A DNA stretch of 64,000 nucleotides from Alphaproteobacteria bacterium (GTDB lineage Bacteria > Pseudomonadota > Alphaproteobacteria > GCA-2731375), in the NCBI GenBank assembly GCA_965232515.1, contig CBDDPY010000002.1, forward strand, positions 4,288,001-4,352,000, given 5' to 3'. Of the stretch, positions 1 through 8,842 are shown piece by piece. Positions within the stretch are counted from its first letter, which is position 1, and the number at the start of each line of letters is the position of its first letter. The position numbers were made by a program, and so were the translations under genes. The notes below the pieces were generated by a model. That model was not told the origin of the DNA. It was given only the letters and a program-made list of their open reading frames with translations, and did not search any database.

Positions 1-317
1 TCGTTGAAGACGCCGCTGCCGACGGTGAAGCTGGTGCGGCCGACGCGGACGACACGGGCGCCGATGCGGAGCGCGCCGGGCCAGTGCGCTTCGCGCAGAT
101 AGTTGATGGTGATGCGGGCGACGACGATGCGGTCGTCGGGGCCGCGGTGGGGCCGGATCTCGCGCACGAAGGCGACGCGGCCGGATTCGAAATAGGCGGC
201 GAACGCGGTGTTGTTGACATGGCCGCCGGCGTCCTGGTCGGAGAAGCGGATGGTGTCGTCGACCCAGAAGGCGTAGGTGCCGGGGTCGGCAAGGTCGAAG
301 TTGCTGTCGCTGGTCAT
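1..317 (-). CDS. Acyl-CoA thioesterase (4HBT/FadM hot-dog family), runs off window start
   Basis: Manual translation from ATG 317: MTSDSNFDLADPGTYAFWVDDTIRFSDQDAGGHVNNTAFAAYFESGR...; the D-x-x-G-H-V-N-N motif is typical of 4HBT-like thioesterases. Confidence 0.85.
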   Translation of the reverse strand, partial: MTSDSNFDLADPGTYAFWVDDTIRFSDQDAGGHVNNTAFAAYFESGRVAFVREIRPHRGPDDRIVVARITINYLREAHWPGALRIGARVVRVGRTSFTVGSGVFN

Positions 318-341
318 GGCGTACTCACTCGGTCAGGACGG

Positions 342-776
342 TCATTTCTTGGCGCGGAAGTAGCGGTGGCATTCGGAACAGGTGCGGGTGAGCGCCAGGA
401 AGGCGCCCGCGGCGGTGGCGCCGTCCCGGCGTTCGGCAGCGGCGGCGAGGTCGGCGCCGTGGGATTCGAGGGCGCGGGCACGCTTTTCGAATTCGGGCCA
501 ATAGGACCAGACCTCCGGCTGGGCCCGGCTGGGCGGCGTGAGGCTGCCGGCCGGGAACAGGGCCAGGAACTGACCGGACTCCCGATGCAGACGCGTTGCC
601 TCGGCCGCTACCACGTCGATCCGCAATTCGGTCTGGCCGTTGAACATCGGCGCCATGACTTTCATGGCCTCGCCAATGGATTTCATCAGGTCGATGCGCT
701 GGCGGACGACGTCATCGGCAGCGGCGGGAACGGCGAGCATCGACGCCAACAGGATGGAGACTGTCAGCCGACGCAT
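342..776 (-). CDS. Cytochrome c' / c556 (class II cytochrome c), exported
   Basis: Signal peptide MRRLTVSILLASMLAVPAAA, R..LMK near the N-terminus, C-terminal CSECH heme motif; ATG overlaps the MarR stop (TGATG). Confidence 0.85.
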   Translation of the reverse strand: MRRLTVSILLASMLAVPAAADDVVRQRIDLMKSIGEAMKVMAPMFNGQTELRIDVVAAEATRLHRESGQFLALFPAGSLTPPSRAQPEVWSYWPEFEKRARALESHGADLAAAAERRDGATAAGAFLALTRTCSECHRYFRAKK

Positions 777-1210
777 CAACGGGTGTCGGCGATACGGCGC
801 AGCAGGCGGCGCAGCGTTTCCTGCTCGTCGGCGGTGAGGTCGGCGGCGATGCGTGCCTCGTGCCGGCGGACGAGCGGCCGGAGCGTCGCCACCAGGCGCG
901 CGCCCTCCGGCGACAGGCGCAGGGCGTAGGAGCGGCGGTCGGTCGGCGACGGCGCCCGCTCGACGAGACCCCGGTCCTCGAGCCGGTCGATCACCGCGAC
1001 CACGGTCGAGCGGTCGATGCCGATGGCGTTGCCGAGCTGGGTCTGATTCAGGCCGGTATTGGCCTCGATGAGCGTCAGCACGCCGAATTGGCCCGGCGTC
1101 ACGTCGTGCTCGGCCATCGAGGTCATGAAATCGTTGAATACCCGGTCCTGCGCACGCCGCAGGTTGTAGCCGATCAGCTCGGGCAGCAGGCCATAATCGA
1201 ACTCGCTCAT
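776..1210 (-). CDS. MarR family transcriptional regulator
   Basis: MSEFDYGLLPELIGYNLRRAQ...IDRSTVVAVIDRLEDRGLVER..SPTDRRS wHTH signature; divergent from the catabolic operon. Confidence 0.92.
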   Translation of the reverse strand: MSEFDYGLLPELIGYNLRRAQDRVFNDFMTSMAEHDVTPGQFGVLTLIEANTGLNQTQLGNAIGIDRSTVVAVIDRLEDRGLVERAPSPTDRRSYALRLSPEGARLVATLRPLVRRHEARIAADLTADEQETLRRLLRRIADTR

Positions 1211-1234
1211 ACGGTATTCCCGGCCGCTCGAAAT

Positions 1235-1311
1235 ATTGTTGGGGTACCAAACATTTTTCTTGCCAAGCCCGTTCCCGCCACCTAGGTTATTGTTGGGGAT
1301 GCAAGCAATAA
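1235..1311. promoter_or_regulatory. Two related imperfect palindromes, putative MarR operators
   Basis: ATTGTTGGGG-TAC-CAAACATT (1235-1255) and ATTGTTGGGG-ATG-CAAGCAAT (1289-1309), 54 bp apart in an AT-rich divergent intergenic region. Confidence 0.65.
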
Positions 1312-1324
1312 ACCGGATGGGACG

Positions 1325-2353
1325 GTGACGCACAAGGTTTGGGTCCGTCAGGCCGATCAGACGATCGAAGTAGCCGACGGCGACACGATACTGAACGCCG
1401 CGCTAACTGCCGGCATCGATTACCCCTTTGGCTGCCAGTCGGGCAATTGTGGGGCCTGCAAGTCGCGGCTGCTGGAGGGAAGCGTCGAGATGCTGCCCTA
1501 TTCCGAATACGCGCTGACCGATGAGGAGAAGGCCCAAGGCCTGATCCTGGCCTGTCAGTCGATGCCGGAAGCGGACTGCCGCGTCGGCTGGCTGGACCTT
1601 GACGAGACCGTGCAGCATCCGCTGCGCAAGCTCGACTGCAAGGTCGTGGCCTGCGAGAAGGCGACGCACGACATCACCGTCGTGCGGCTCGACATCGAGG
1701 CCGGCGGACCGTTCAGCTTCAGCGCCGGGCAATACGCCTCGGTGACGTTTCCGGGCCAGGCGCCACGCGACTATTCCATGGCCAGCCGGCCCGAGGACGC
1801 GCAGATCGAATTCCATATCCGCGCCATGGACGGCGGCTCGGTCAGCCACTACGTCAACGAGCAGCTGAAGGTCGGCGATGCGGTGCGGGTCGAAGGGCCG
1901 ATGGGCCTTGCTTACCTGCGCGAGCAGCATACAGGGCCAATCCTGGCCGTCGCGGGCGGCTCGGGCCTGGCGCCGATCAAGTCCATCGTCGAGGAGGCGC
2001 TGGGCAAGGGCATGGGCCAGCCGATCGCGATGTATTTCGGCGTGCGCGGCGAACGGGACCTCTATCTGGAAGAGCACTTCAAGGCGTTGGCGAAGGCACA
2101 CGCGAACTTCGACTTCACGCCCGTGCTGTCCGAGCCGAACGGCGCCACGGACCGGCGTACCGGGTTCCTGGCGGACGCGGTGGCCGCGGACTTCCAGGAC
2201 CTCGACGGCTTCAAGCTCTACATGGCCGGACCGCCGGTGATGGTCGACACGACGACGGCGGCCTGCACGCCGCTGGGCCTGCGGTCGGAGGACCTGCACG
2301 CCGATCCGTTCTATTCCGCGCACGAGTTGGCGGAACAGGGAGCGGCCACATGA
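1325..2353 (+). CDS. 2Fe-2S ferredoxin / FAD-NAD(P)H oxidoreductase (oxygenase reductase component)
   Basis: CQSGNCGAC...C plant-type 2Fe-2S motif, RDYSMAS flavin motif, GGSGLAP NAD motif, AGPPVM. Confidence 0.93.
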   Translation: MTHKVWVRQADQTIEVADGDTILNAALTAGIDYPFGCQSGNCGACKSRLLEGSVEMLPYSEYALTDEEKAQGLILACQSMPEADCRVGWLDLDETVQHPLRKLDCKVVACEKATHDITVVRLDIEAGGPFSFSAGQYASVTFPGQAPRDYSMASRPEDAQIEFHIRAMDGGSVSHYVNEQLKVGDAVRVEGPMGLAYLREQHTGPILAVAGGSGLAPIKSIVEEALGKGMGQPIAMYFGVRGERDLYLEEHFKALAKAHANFDFTPVLSEPNGATDRRTGFLADAVAADFQDLDGFKLYMAGPPVMVDTTTAACTPLGLRSEDLHADPFYSAHELAEQGAAT

Positions 2354-3297
2354 GCGCCGACGAACTCGCCGGCCGCGTGGCGCTGGTGACGGGCGCCGGC
2401 CGCGGCGTTGGCCGCGCCATCGCCGAGAGCCTGGGCGCACGCGGCGCGTCCGTGGTGGTCGCCGACAGCGGCACCGGCATTTCTGGCGACGGCGCCGATC
2501 CCGGCGTAGCGCAGGAGGTGGCGACAGCAATCGGCGACAACGCCGCGGCGTTCACGGAGTCGGTGGCGAGCCCCGGCGCGGCGAAAGCCGCGGTCGAGCT
2601 GGCGGTCAGCCGTTTCGGCGGGCTCGACATTCTGGTCAACAACGCCGCCATCCTGCGCGACGCGTTCGTCTTCAAGGCCGATCCCGGCGACTACGAGGCT
2701 GTGATCCGCAACAACCTGTCGGCCGCCTTTTTCCTGATGAACGCAGGCACGCCTGTCATGCGTGAGCAGGCCAAGGCCGGCCGCGGCGGCGGCGATAGCT
2801 ACGACTGGGGCCGCATCGTCAACATCGTCTCCAGCGCCGGGCTCTACGGCAATCTGGGCCAGAGCGGCTATGCCAGCGCCAAGGCGGGCCTCGTCGGCCT
2901 GACCCGGGTCGCGGCCATGGACCTGGCGCGCGCCGGCATCACCGTCAACGCCGTGGCGCCGTTCGCGGCGACGCGCGTAACCGAGATCATCCAGCCGGCG
3001 AACGATGCGCAGGCCGCCTACAAGGAACGCGCGCTGAAAATCCCGGCGAGCCACGTGGCTGACGTGGTCGCCTATCTGGCCTCGCCGGCGGCGCAGTCCG
3101 TCACCGGCCAGATCTTCGGCGTGCGCGGCCGCGAGGTGTTCCTGTTCTCGCAGCCGCGGCCGGTGGCGCGCATCGTCAACGACGGCGGCCCGTGGGACAC
3201 TGACAGCCTGGCCGCGGCCGTGAACGCCGAGTTCGCTGGTTCCTTCACCGACCTGACCACCGACCTGGAAGCCTTCAACACCGAGCCTGAGATCTGA
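2350..3297 (+). CDS. Short-chain dehydrogenase/reductase (3-hydroxyacyl-CoA dehydrogenase/MFE-2-like)
   Basis: TGAGRGVG, NNAAILRD, S..GLYGNLGQSGYASAK (YxxxK); ATGA overlap with the upstream gene. Confidence 0.9.
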   Translation: MSADELAGRVALVTGAGRGVGRAIAESLGARGASVVVADSGTGISGDGADPGVAQEVATAIGDNAAAFTESVASPGAAKAAVELAVSRFGGLDILVNNAAILRDAFVFKADPGDYEAVIRNNLSAAFFLMNAGTPVMREQAKAGRGGGDSYDWGRIVNIVSSAGLYGNLGQSGYASAKAGLVGLTRVAAMDLARAGITVNAVAPFAATRVTEIIQPANDAQAAYKERALKIPASHVADVVAYLASPAAQSVTGQIFGVRGREVFLFSQPRPVARIVNDGGPWDTDSLAAAVNAEFAGSFTDLTTDLEAFNTEPEI

Positions 3298-3311
3298 CCA
3301 AGGGGTCCATC

Positions 3312-4028
3312 ATGAGCCAAGCCGAGAAGTTCGAAGTCAAGACCGTCGACGAGCTGCACGCCCAGCCCGACGAATACCAGACGATGATCAAGAAGATCGT
3401 CGTCAGCCACGCCGTGAACGAACTCTACGGCGCCCAGGCCTTCGACGAGCCGGCCATCGCATTGGCGCCGACGCCGTACGACAAGTGGCTCGCCTGCCGC
3501 ATCGCCATGGAGGAGTACGGCCACCACGTGCGCTTCCGCGAGCTGGGCGACGAGATGGGCGTGGCGCGCGAGGAGATGACGCCCGAGCAGAAACAGCCGC
3601 TGTCGATCTTCGAGTTCCCGCTGAAGACCTGGGCCGAGTTCTGCGTCATCAAGCTGCTGGCGGATCTGGCCGAGATCCTGCAGGTCGAGGATCTGGTCCA
3701 CTGCAGCTATCTGCCGCTGCGCCGTCTGGCGCGGATGACCATGCCCGAGGAGCGTTTCCACGCCCAGTTCGGCAAGGACACCTGCAGCGACCTGTGCAAA
3801 ACCGAGGAAGGCCGTGAGGCCGTGCAGGCGGCGATCGACGAGTATTTCCCCTACCTGCCGCCGTTCTTCGGCCGGGCCAAATCGAAGAACAACGAGCTCT
3901 ATCGCAAATGGGGCATCAAGCTGCGGACCAACGAAGACATGCGCGAGGACTATCTGCGCCGCGCACGCGAGCTGGTCGAGGACGAGCTGGGCCTGAAGCT
4001 GCCGGACGTCGAACTGGAAGCAGCCTAG
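3312..4028 (+). CDS. Ferritin-like diiron protein, PaaA/PaaC/BoxB family (putative aryl-CoA oxygenase)
   Basis: Ligand pattern E(NEL)...EEYGH...D(LADL)...EERFH plus a PaaA-like C-terminus FFGR..S..N....KWGIK.RTNE. Confidence 0.78.
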   Translation: MSQAEKFEVKTVDELHAQPDEYQTMIKKIVVSHAVNELYGAQAFDEPAIALAPTPYDKWLACRIAMEEYGHHVRFRELGDEMGVAREEMTPEQKQPLSIFEFPLKTWAEFCVIKLLADLAEILQVEDLVHCSYLPLRRLARMTMPEERFHAQFGKDTCSDLCKTEEGREAVQAAIDEYFPYLPPFFGRAKSKNNELYRKWGIKLRTNEDMREDYLRRARELVEDELGLKLPDVELEAA

Positions 4029-4066
4029 CGTCGCGGGCTAAGCTCAGTCCAACGGGAGGACGTGCC

Positions 4067-5119
4067 ATGACCGACGCCGCCACCGAGCAGACCACATCCG
4101 AAACGCGTCAGGAATTCTACGACCGCATCGACGGCGACAACCTGGCGCCGTTGTGGGAGGTGATGAAGAACCTGATCACGCCGGAGCCGAAGACGCCGGT
4201 GCGGCCGGCGGTCTGGCACTATGACGAGATCCGGCCCTACATCATCGAGTCGGGCGAGCTGATCACGGCCAAGGAGGCCGAGCGCCGGGTGCTGATCCTG
4301 GAGAACCCGGGCCTGCGCGGCCAGTCGAAGATCACGCATACGCTCTATGCCGGCCTGCAGCTGATCCTGCCAGGCGAGGTGGCGCCGGCGCACCGGCACA
4401 GTCAGAGCGCGCTCAGGTTCGTGGTCGAGGGCGAAGGCGCCTATACCGCGGTCGACGGCGAGAAGACCATAATGCGGCCGGGCGATTTCGTGATCACACC
4501 GTCCTGGACCTGGCACGACCACGGCAACGAGTCGGACCAGCCGATGGTCTGGCTCGACGGCCTGGACATTCCCATTGTCGGCATGCTGGACGCCGGTTTT
4601 GCCGAAGGCATGGCGCAGGACAGCCAGCCGTTGTCCCGGCCCGAGGGCGACGCGCTGGCGCGCTATGGCTCGGGCCTGCTGCCGGTCGGCTACGAGAACA
4701 CGGCGCCGACTTCACCGGTGTTCAACTATCCCTACGAACGCACGCGCGAAGCACTGGAGCAGATGCGCCGGGCCGAGGAATGGGACGAATGCCACGGCCT
4801 GAAGATGCGCTACGTGAATCCGGTGACCGGCGAGTTCGCCATGCCGACCATGGGCACGTTCATGCAGCTGCTGCCGAAGCACTTCAACACGGCCTCATAT
4901 CGCTCGACCGACAGCATGGTCTATTCCGTGGTCGAGGGCCGCGGCCGGACCGTTGTGGAGGGCGAGATGCTGCACTGGGGACCGCGCGACGTGTTCGTGG
5001 TGCCGAGCTGGCAGCGCCATCACCACGAGCCCGACGAGGACGCCGTGCTGTTCAGCTTCTCCGACCGGCCGGTGCAGCAGAAGCTGGGCCTCTGGCGCGA
5101 GGACCGGGGCAACCATTGA
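4067..5119 (+). CDS. gtdA: Gentisate 1,2-dioxygenase
   Basis: LAPLWE, AERRVLILENPGL, LYAGLQLILPGEVAPAHRH, TPSWTWHDHGN, WLDGLDIP, FSFSDRPVQQKLG; SD GGGAGG upstream. Confidence 0.93.
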   Translation: MTDAATEQTTSETRQEFYDRIDGDNLAPLWEVMKNLITPEPKTPVRPAVWHYDEIRPYIIESGELITAKEAERRVLILENPGLRGQSKITHTLYAGLQLILPGEVAPAHRHSQSALRFVVEGEGAYTAVDGEKTIMRPGDFVITPSWTWHDHGNESDQPMVWLDGLDIPIVGMLDAGFAEGMAQDSQPLSRPEGDALARYGSGLLPVGYENTAPTSPVFNYPYERTREALEQMRRAEEWDECHGLKMRYVNPVTGEFAMPTMGTFMQLLPKHFNTASYRSTDSMVYSVVEGRGRTVVEGEMLHWGPRDVFVVPSWQRHHHEPDEDAVLFSFSDRPVQQKLGLWREDRGNH

Positions 5120-5156
5120 TGCCCTTCCCGTCTCTGCCGTTGCCGCGTTGAGGCCG

Positions 5157-5747
5157 ATGTCGGACCGCGATTCCGAGCTGGACGAGGCTGAGCTCAGCGA
5201 CTTCCCCGGCGTCGCCGCGGCCTCGCAGTTCGCCAAAATGGTGGCGAGCGTGCCGTGGTTCGCAAGCCTCGGCAACGAGCTCGACGACGACGAGATCGAC
5301 TGGGCCGACGCCTATCTCGCCAATCTCGGCTTTCCCGACGCGCATGCCGTGCTGATCGACAGTTGGGAGGACGCCGAGGCCGCAGCGCGCAATCCCGACT
5401 GGAACACCGAGTGGTGGGAAGCGGAAGAACAGATGCGCATGGCGCTGATCTCGGAAGCCTGCGCGCTGGCTGGCGAGGACCGGGTGATGGTGGCGCTGAC
5501 CAACGTCACCAACCAGGTCTCGGACGTGGCGCACGGCGCCGCGGCGGTGGCGGCCGCGCATGCCCGCATCGCCGACGAGGCGCTGATCCGCGCCGCCGCC
5601 GGCGCGGCGACGCAGGCCTGCTATCAGGCCGCGCTGGTACTTGCGGCCGAAGGCGATGAAGAGCATCCTTTCGCCCTGAAGTACCGCCTGTTCGAGAACG
5701 GCCGCTGGCCGTTGAGCGTGGTCGGCAACAGCTTCAATCTTTTCTGA
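5157..5747 (+). CDS. Acidic, Trp/Ala-rich hypothetical protein
   Basis: ORF with typical codon usage between gtdA and FAH; C-terminal HPFALKYRLFENGRWPL; start codon uncertain. Confidence 0.7.
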   Translation: MSDRDSELDEAELSDFPGVAAASQFAKMVASVPWFASLGNELDDDEIDWADAYLANLGFPDAHAVLIDSWEDAEAAARNPDWNTEWWEAEEQMRMALISEACALAGEDRVMVALTNVTNQVSDVAHGAAAVAAAHARIADEALIRAAAGAATQACYQAALVLAAEGDEEHPFALKYRLFENGRWPLSVVGNSFNLF

Positions 5748-5769
5748 CTATCCAGCATCAGGGGCAGAA

Positions 5770-6456
5770 ATGAGTTACGTCATTCCCGAACCGCCGCGCG
5801 CGACGGTGCCGGTCGCCGGCAGCGCCCATACCTTTCCGGTGCGCCGGATCTATTGCGTCGGCCGCAACTACGCGGCGCACGCGCGCGAGATGGGCTTCGA
5901 CCCGGACCGCGAGCCGCCGTTCTTCTTCACCAAGCCGGCCGACGCCATCGTGCCCGACGGCTCGGTGCTGGACTATCCGATGGCGACCGAGAACCTGCAC
6001 CACGAGATCGAGCTGGTCGTCGCCATCGGCACCGGCGGCAGCAACATCGCCGAGGACATGGCGCTGGAGCATGTCTACGGCTACGCCGTCGGCCTCGATA
6101 TGACCCGCCGCGACCAGCAGATCGCCGCGCGTGAGAAGGGCCGGCCCTGGTGTGTCGGCAAGGCCTTCGACCATTCGGCGCCGATCAGCGAGATCCGGCC
6201 GGCGGCCGAGATCGGCCATCCGAGCAACGCCCGCATCTGGCTGGACGTGAACGGCGAGACGCGCCAGGACAGCAACCTGACGCACCTGATCTGGAACATT
6301 CCCGAGACCATCGCATACCTGTCGGGCCTGTTCCAATTGGAGCCGGGCGACCTGATCTATTCGGGCACGCCCGAAGGCGTCGGCGCGGTCGGTGCCGGCG
6401 ACAAGCTCTCGGGCGGCGTCGACGGCGTCGGCACGCTCGACGTCAGCTATCGCTAG
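5770..6456 (+). CDS. Fumarylacetoacetate hydrolase family protein (fumarylpyruvate/acylpyruvate hydrolase-like)
   Basis: RRIYCVGRNYAAHAREMG, PPFFFTKP, HHEIELVV, DMTRRD, GDLIYSGTPEGVG. Confidence 0.92.
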   Translation: MSYVIPEPPRATVPVAGSAHTFPVRRIYCVGRNYAAHAREMGFDPDREPPFFFTKPADAIVPDGSVLDYPMATENLHHEIELVVAIGTGGSNIAEDMALEHVYGYAVGLDMTRRDQQIAAREKGRPWCVGKAFDHSAPISEIRPAAEIGHPSNARIWLDVNGETRQDSNLTHLIWNIPETIAYLSGLFQLEPGDLIYSGTPEGVGAVGAGDKLSGGVDGVGTLDVSYR

Positions 6457-6474
6457 CCGGGACGACAGACGGTC

Positions 6475-7275
6475 ATGCGCCTGAAGATCGCCACCTGGAA
6501 CATCAACTCGGTCCGTTCGCACATGGACACGGTGCGGCAGTTCGATGCCGAACACGCGCCCGACATCCTCTGCCTGCAGGAGACCAAGGTCGCCGACGAG
6601 CTGTTCCCGCTCGAGGCCTTCGAGGCCATGGGCTACAAGCACCACGCCATCAAGGGCCAGAAGGCCTATCACGGCGTCGCCACCTTCTCGCGCGAGCTGC
6701 CGCTCGAAAAAATCACGCGGCTCGACTGGTGCGGCAAGGAGGACGCGCGGCATGTCGCCTGCACCATCGCCGGCGACATCGTGTTGCACAATTTCTATGT
6801 GCCGGCCGGCGGCGACGTGCCGGACCCGGAGAAGAACGACAAGTTCGACCACAAGCTGACCTTCATGACCGAGGCGGCGGATTGGTTCCGCAAGCGCAAG
6901 CGGCGCAACAACCGTTTCCTACTGGTCGGGGATCTCAATGTCGCGCCGCTGGAGACCGACGTCTGGAGCCACAAGCAGCTTCTGCGCGTGGTCAGCCACA
7001 CGCCGGTCGAGGTCGAGCATATGGATCGCTGGTACGCGAGCCACGACTGGGTCGACGTGGTGCGCCGCTACATCCCGCCGGAGGAGAAGGTCTATTCCTG
7101 GTGGAGCTACCGCTCGCCGAACTGGGAAAAGGCCGACAAGGGCCGGCGGCTGGATCATATCTGGGCGACGCCGGCGCTGGCCGACAACCTGCGTCACGCC
7201 GAGGTGGTGAAGGCCGCACGCGGCTGGACGCCGGCGAGCGACCATGCGCCGGTGATCGCCGAGCTGGAGCTTTAG
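6475..7275 (+). CDS. xth: Exodeoxyribonuclease III
   Basis: ATWNINSVR, LCLQETK, GDLNVAP, YSWWSYR, GRRLDHIW, SDHAPV. Confidence 0.95.
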   Translation: MRLKIATWNINSVRSHMDTVRQFDAEHAPDILCLQETKVADELFPLEAFEAMGYKHHAIKGQKAYHGVATFSRELPLEKITRLDWCGKEDARHVACTIAGDIVLHNFYVPAGGDVPDPEKNDKFDHKLTFMTEAADWFRKRKRRNNRFLLVGDLNVAPLETDVWSHKQLLRVVSHTPVEVEHMDRWYASHDWVDVVRRYIPPEEKVYSWWSYRSPNWEKADKGRRLDHIWATPALADNLRHAEVVKAARGWTPASDHAPVIAELEL

Positions 7276-7276
7276 C

Positions 7277-8710
7277 TTGGTCGCTCGCGACCTGACGCCG
7301 TTCTTCTATCCCAAGAGCGTCGCGGTCGTCGGCGCCGGCGAACGGCCGGGCAGCTCCGGCGGCGCGGTCTGCCAGAACCTCGATATCAGCGGCTATGCCG
7401 GCGCTGTGGTGCCGGTGAACCCGAAGGGCGGCACGATCTTCGGCAACGAAGCGCGGACCAGCCTGCGCGAGTTGGAGCAACCCGCCGACCTGGCGGTGAT
7501 CGTGATCCGGCCGGATTTGATTCCAGGCGCCGTGCGCGAGGCGGCCGAGACCGGGCACAGGAACCTGCTGATCCTGCCGGGTGGATTCGCCGAGGCCGGG
7601 GCCGAGGGCGAGGCCCGCGACGCCGAGGTCCGGGCGGTCGCCGCCGAGGCCGGCGTCACCATCGCCGGGCCCAACTGCGCCGGCATCATCCACCTGACCG
7701 ACGAGAGCCGGTTCGGCGCCACGTTCCTGCGCGACATGCCGCCCGGCGGCGGCATCGCCTTCATCTCGCAGTCCGGCGCGCTGGCGGAGGAAGCCATCGC
7801 CGCGGCCAACGACCGCGCCCTCGCGCTCGGTACCGTGGTCTCGGTCGGCAACGCCATGCATCTCGGCGTCGAGGACTATCTGGAGTTCCTGGGCGAGCAG
7901 GACCGCTGCACCTGCGTTTTGCTCTATGTCGAATCCATCGAGGACCCGGCCCGGTTCCGCGACATCGCCCGCCGCGTCGCGGCGAAAAAGCCGGTGGTGA
8001 TGTTCATGGCGGGCGGCACCGGGCCCGGCGGGCCGGCCGCCCGCGCGCACACCGGCGCGGTGATCAACGACGCCGAGACCATTGCGGCCTTCGCCGCCGA
8101 CTGCTGCGCCGTGCAGGCGACGTCGCTGCGCCGGCTGCTGCTGGCAGCGAAAGCCTTCGGCGCGCATCCGCAAGGCATCGGCAAGCGGGCGCTGATCCTG
8201 TCGAACTCGGGCGGACCGGGGGTGATCTGCACCGACCGGGCGGCGCGCGAGGGCCTGGACCTGCCGCCACTGCCGCCGGCGATGGCGCAAGCCATGCACG
8301 CCGAGCTACCGCCGGAGGCGTCGGTGGCCAACCCCATCGATCTGCTGGCGGACGCGCGCGAGGACCGTTTCGGCCTGACGCTCGACCTCGCCATCAAGCA
8401 TGGGCCGAGCACGTTCGATGCCATCCTGATGATCCACGTGGTGCCGTTCATGGTCGACGCCGGCCCGGTGATCGAGCGCCTCGCCGCCGATGTCGGCAAA
8501 TCGCCGCTGGCGGTGTTCCATTCGATGATGGGCACGCTGCCGGGCAAGGCCGAATGGTTCGCGGCCATGGAAGCCGCCGGCGTGCCCATGTTCAACGACG
8601 TCGAGGAAATGGCCGAGGCCGCCGGCATGCTGGCGCAATACCCCGACCTGAAAGCGCGCGCCGCCGCGCCCCCGGAAGGCGTTCTCGGCTTGAAAGGCCG
8701 CGGCGGCTGA
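7277..8710 (+). CDS. ADP-forming acetate/acyl-CoA ligase alpha subunit (no ATP-grasp domain)
   Basis: PKSVAVVGA, PVNPK, GGFAE, GPNCAG, SQSGAL, AHTG phospho-His motif, SNSGGPG, NPIDL; TTG start. Confidence 0.85.
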   Translation: MVARDLTPFFYPKSVAVVGAGERPGSSGGAVCQNLDISGYAGAVVPVNPKGGTIFGNEARTSLRELEQPADLAVIVIRPDLIPGAVREAAETGHRNLLILPGGFAEAGAEGEARDAEVRAVAAEAGVTIAGPNCAGIIHLTDESRFGATFLRDMPPGGGIAFISQSGALAEEAIAAANDRALALGTVVSVGNAMHLGVEDYLEFLGEQDRCTCVLLYVESIEDPARFRDIARRVAAKKPVVMFMAGGTGPGGPAARAHTGAVINDAETIAAFAADCCAVQATSLRRLLLAAKAFGAHPQGIGKRALILSNSGGPGVICTDRAAREGLDLPPLPPAMAQAMHAELPPEASVANPIDLLADAREDRFGLTLDLAIKHGPSTFDAILMIHVVPFMVDAGPVIERLAADVGKSPLAVFHSMMGTLPGKAEWFAAMEAAGVPMFNDVEEMAEAAGMLAQYPDLKARAAAPPEGVLGLKGRGG

Positions 8711-8732
8711 TACGCATTGGCCGATGGCCGCG

Positions 8733-8830
8733 CTTCGAGACGCGCCGTTGGCGCTCCTCAGCGTGAGGCTGGAGCTCGATATCAGTTCCTTGCCTTACGC
8801 TGAGGAGGTCCCGAAGGGACCGTCTCGAAG
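8733..8830. repeat. REP-like palindromic element, family A
   Basis: CTTCGAGACG..CTCCTCAGCGTGAGG...CCTTACGCTGAGGAG..CGTCTCGAAG; same family at 11536 and 40420; lies between convergent genes. Confidence 0.85.
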
Positions 8831-8842
8831 CGCGCCATCGGG

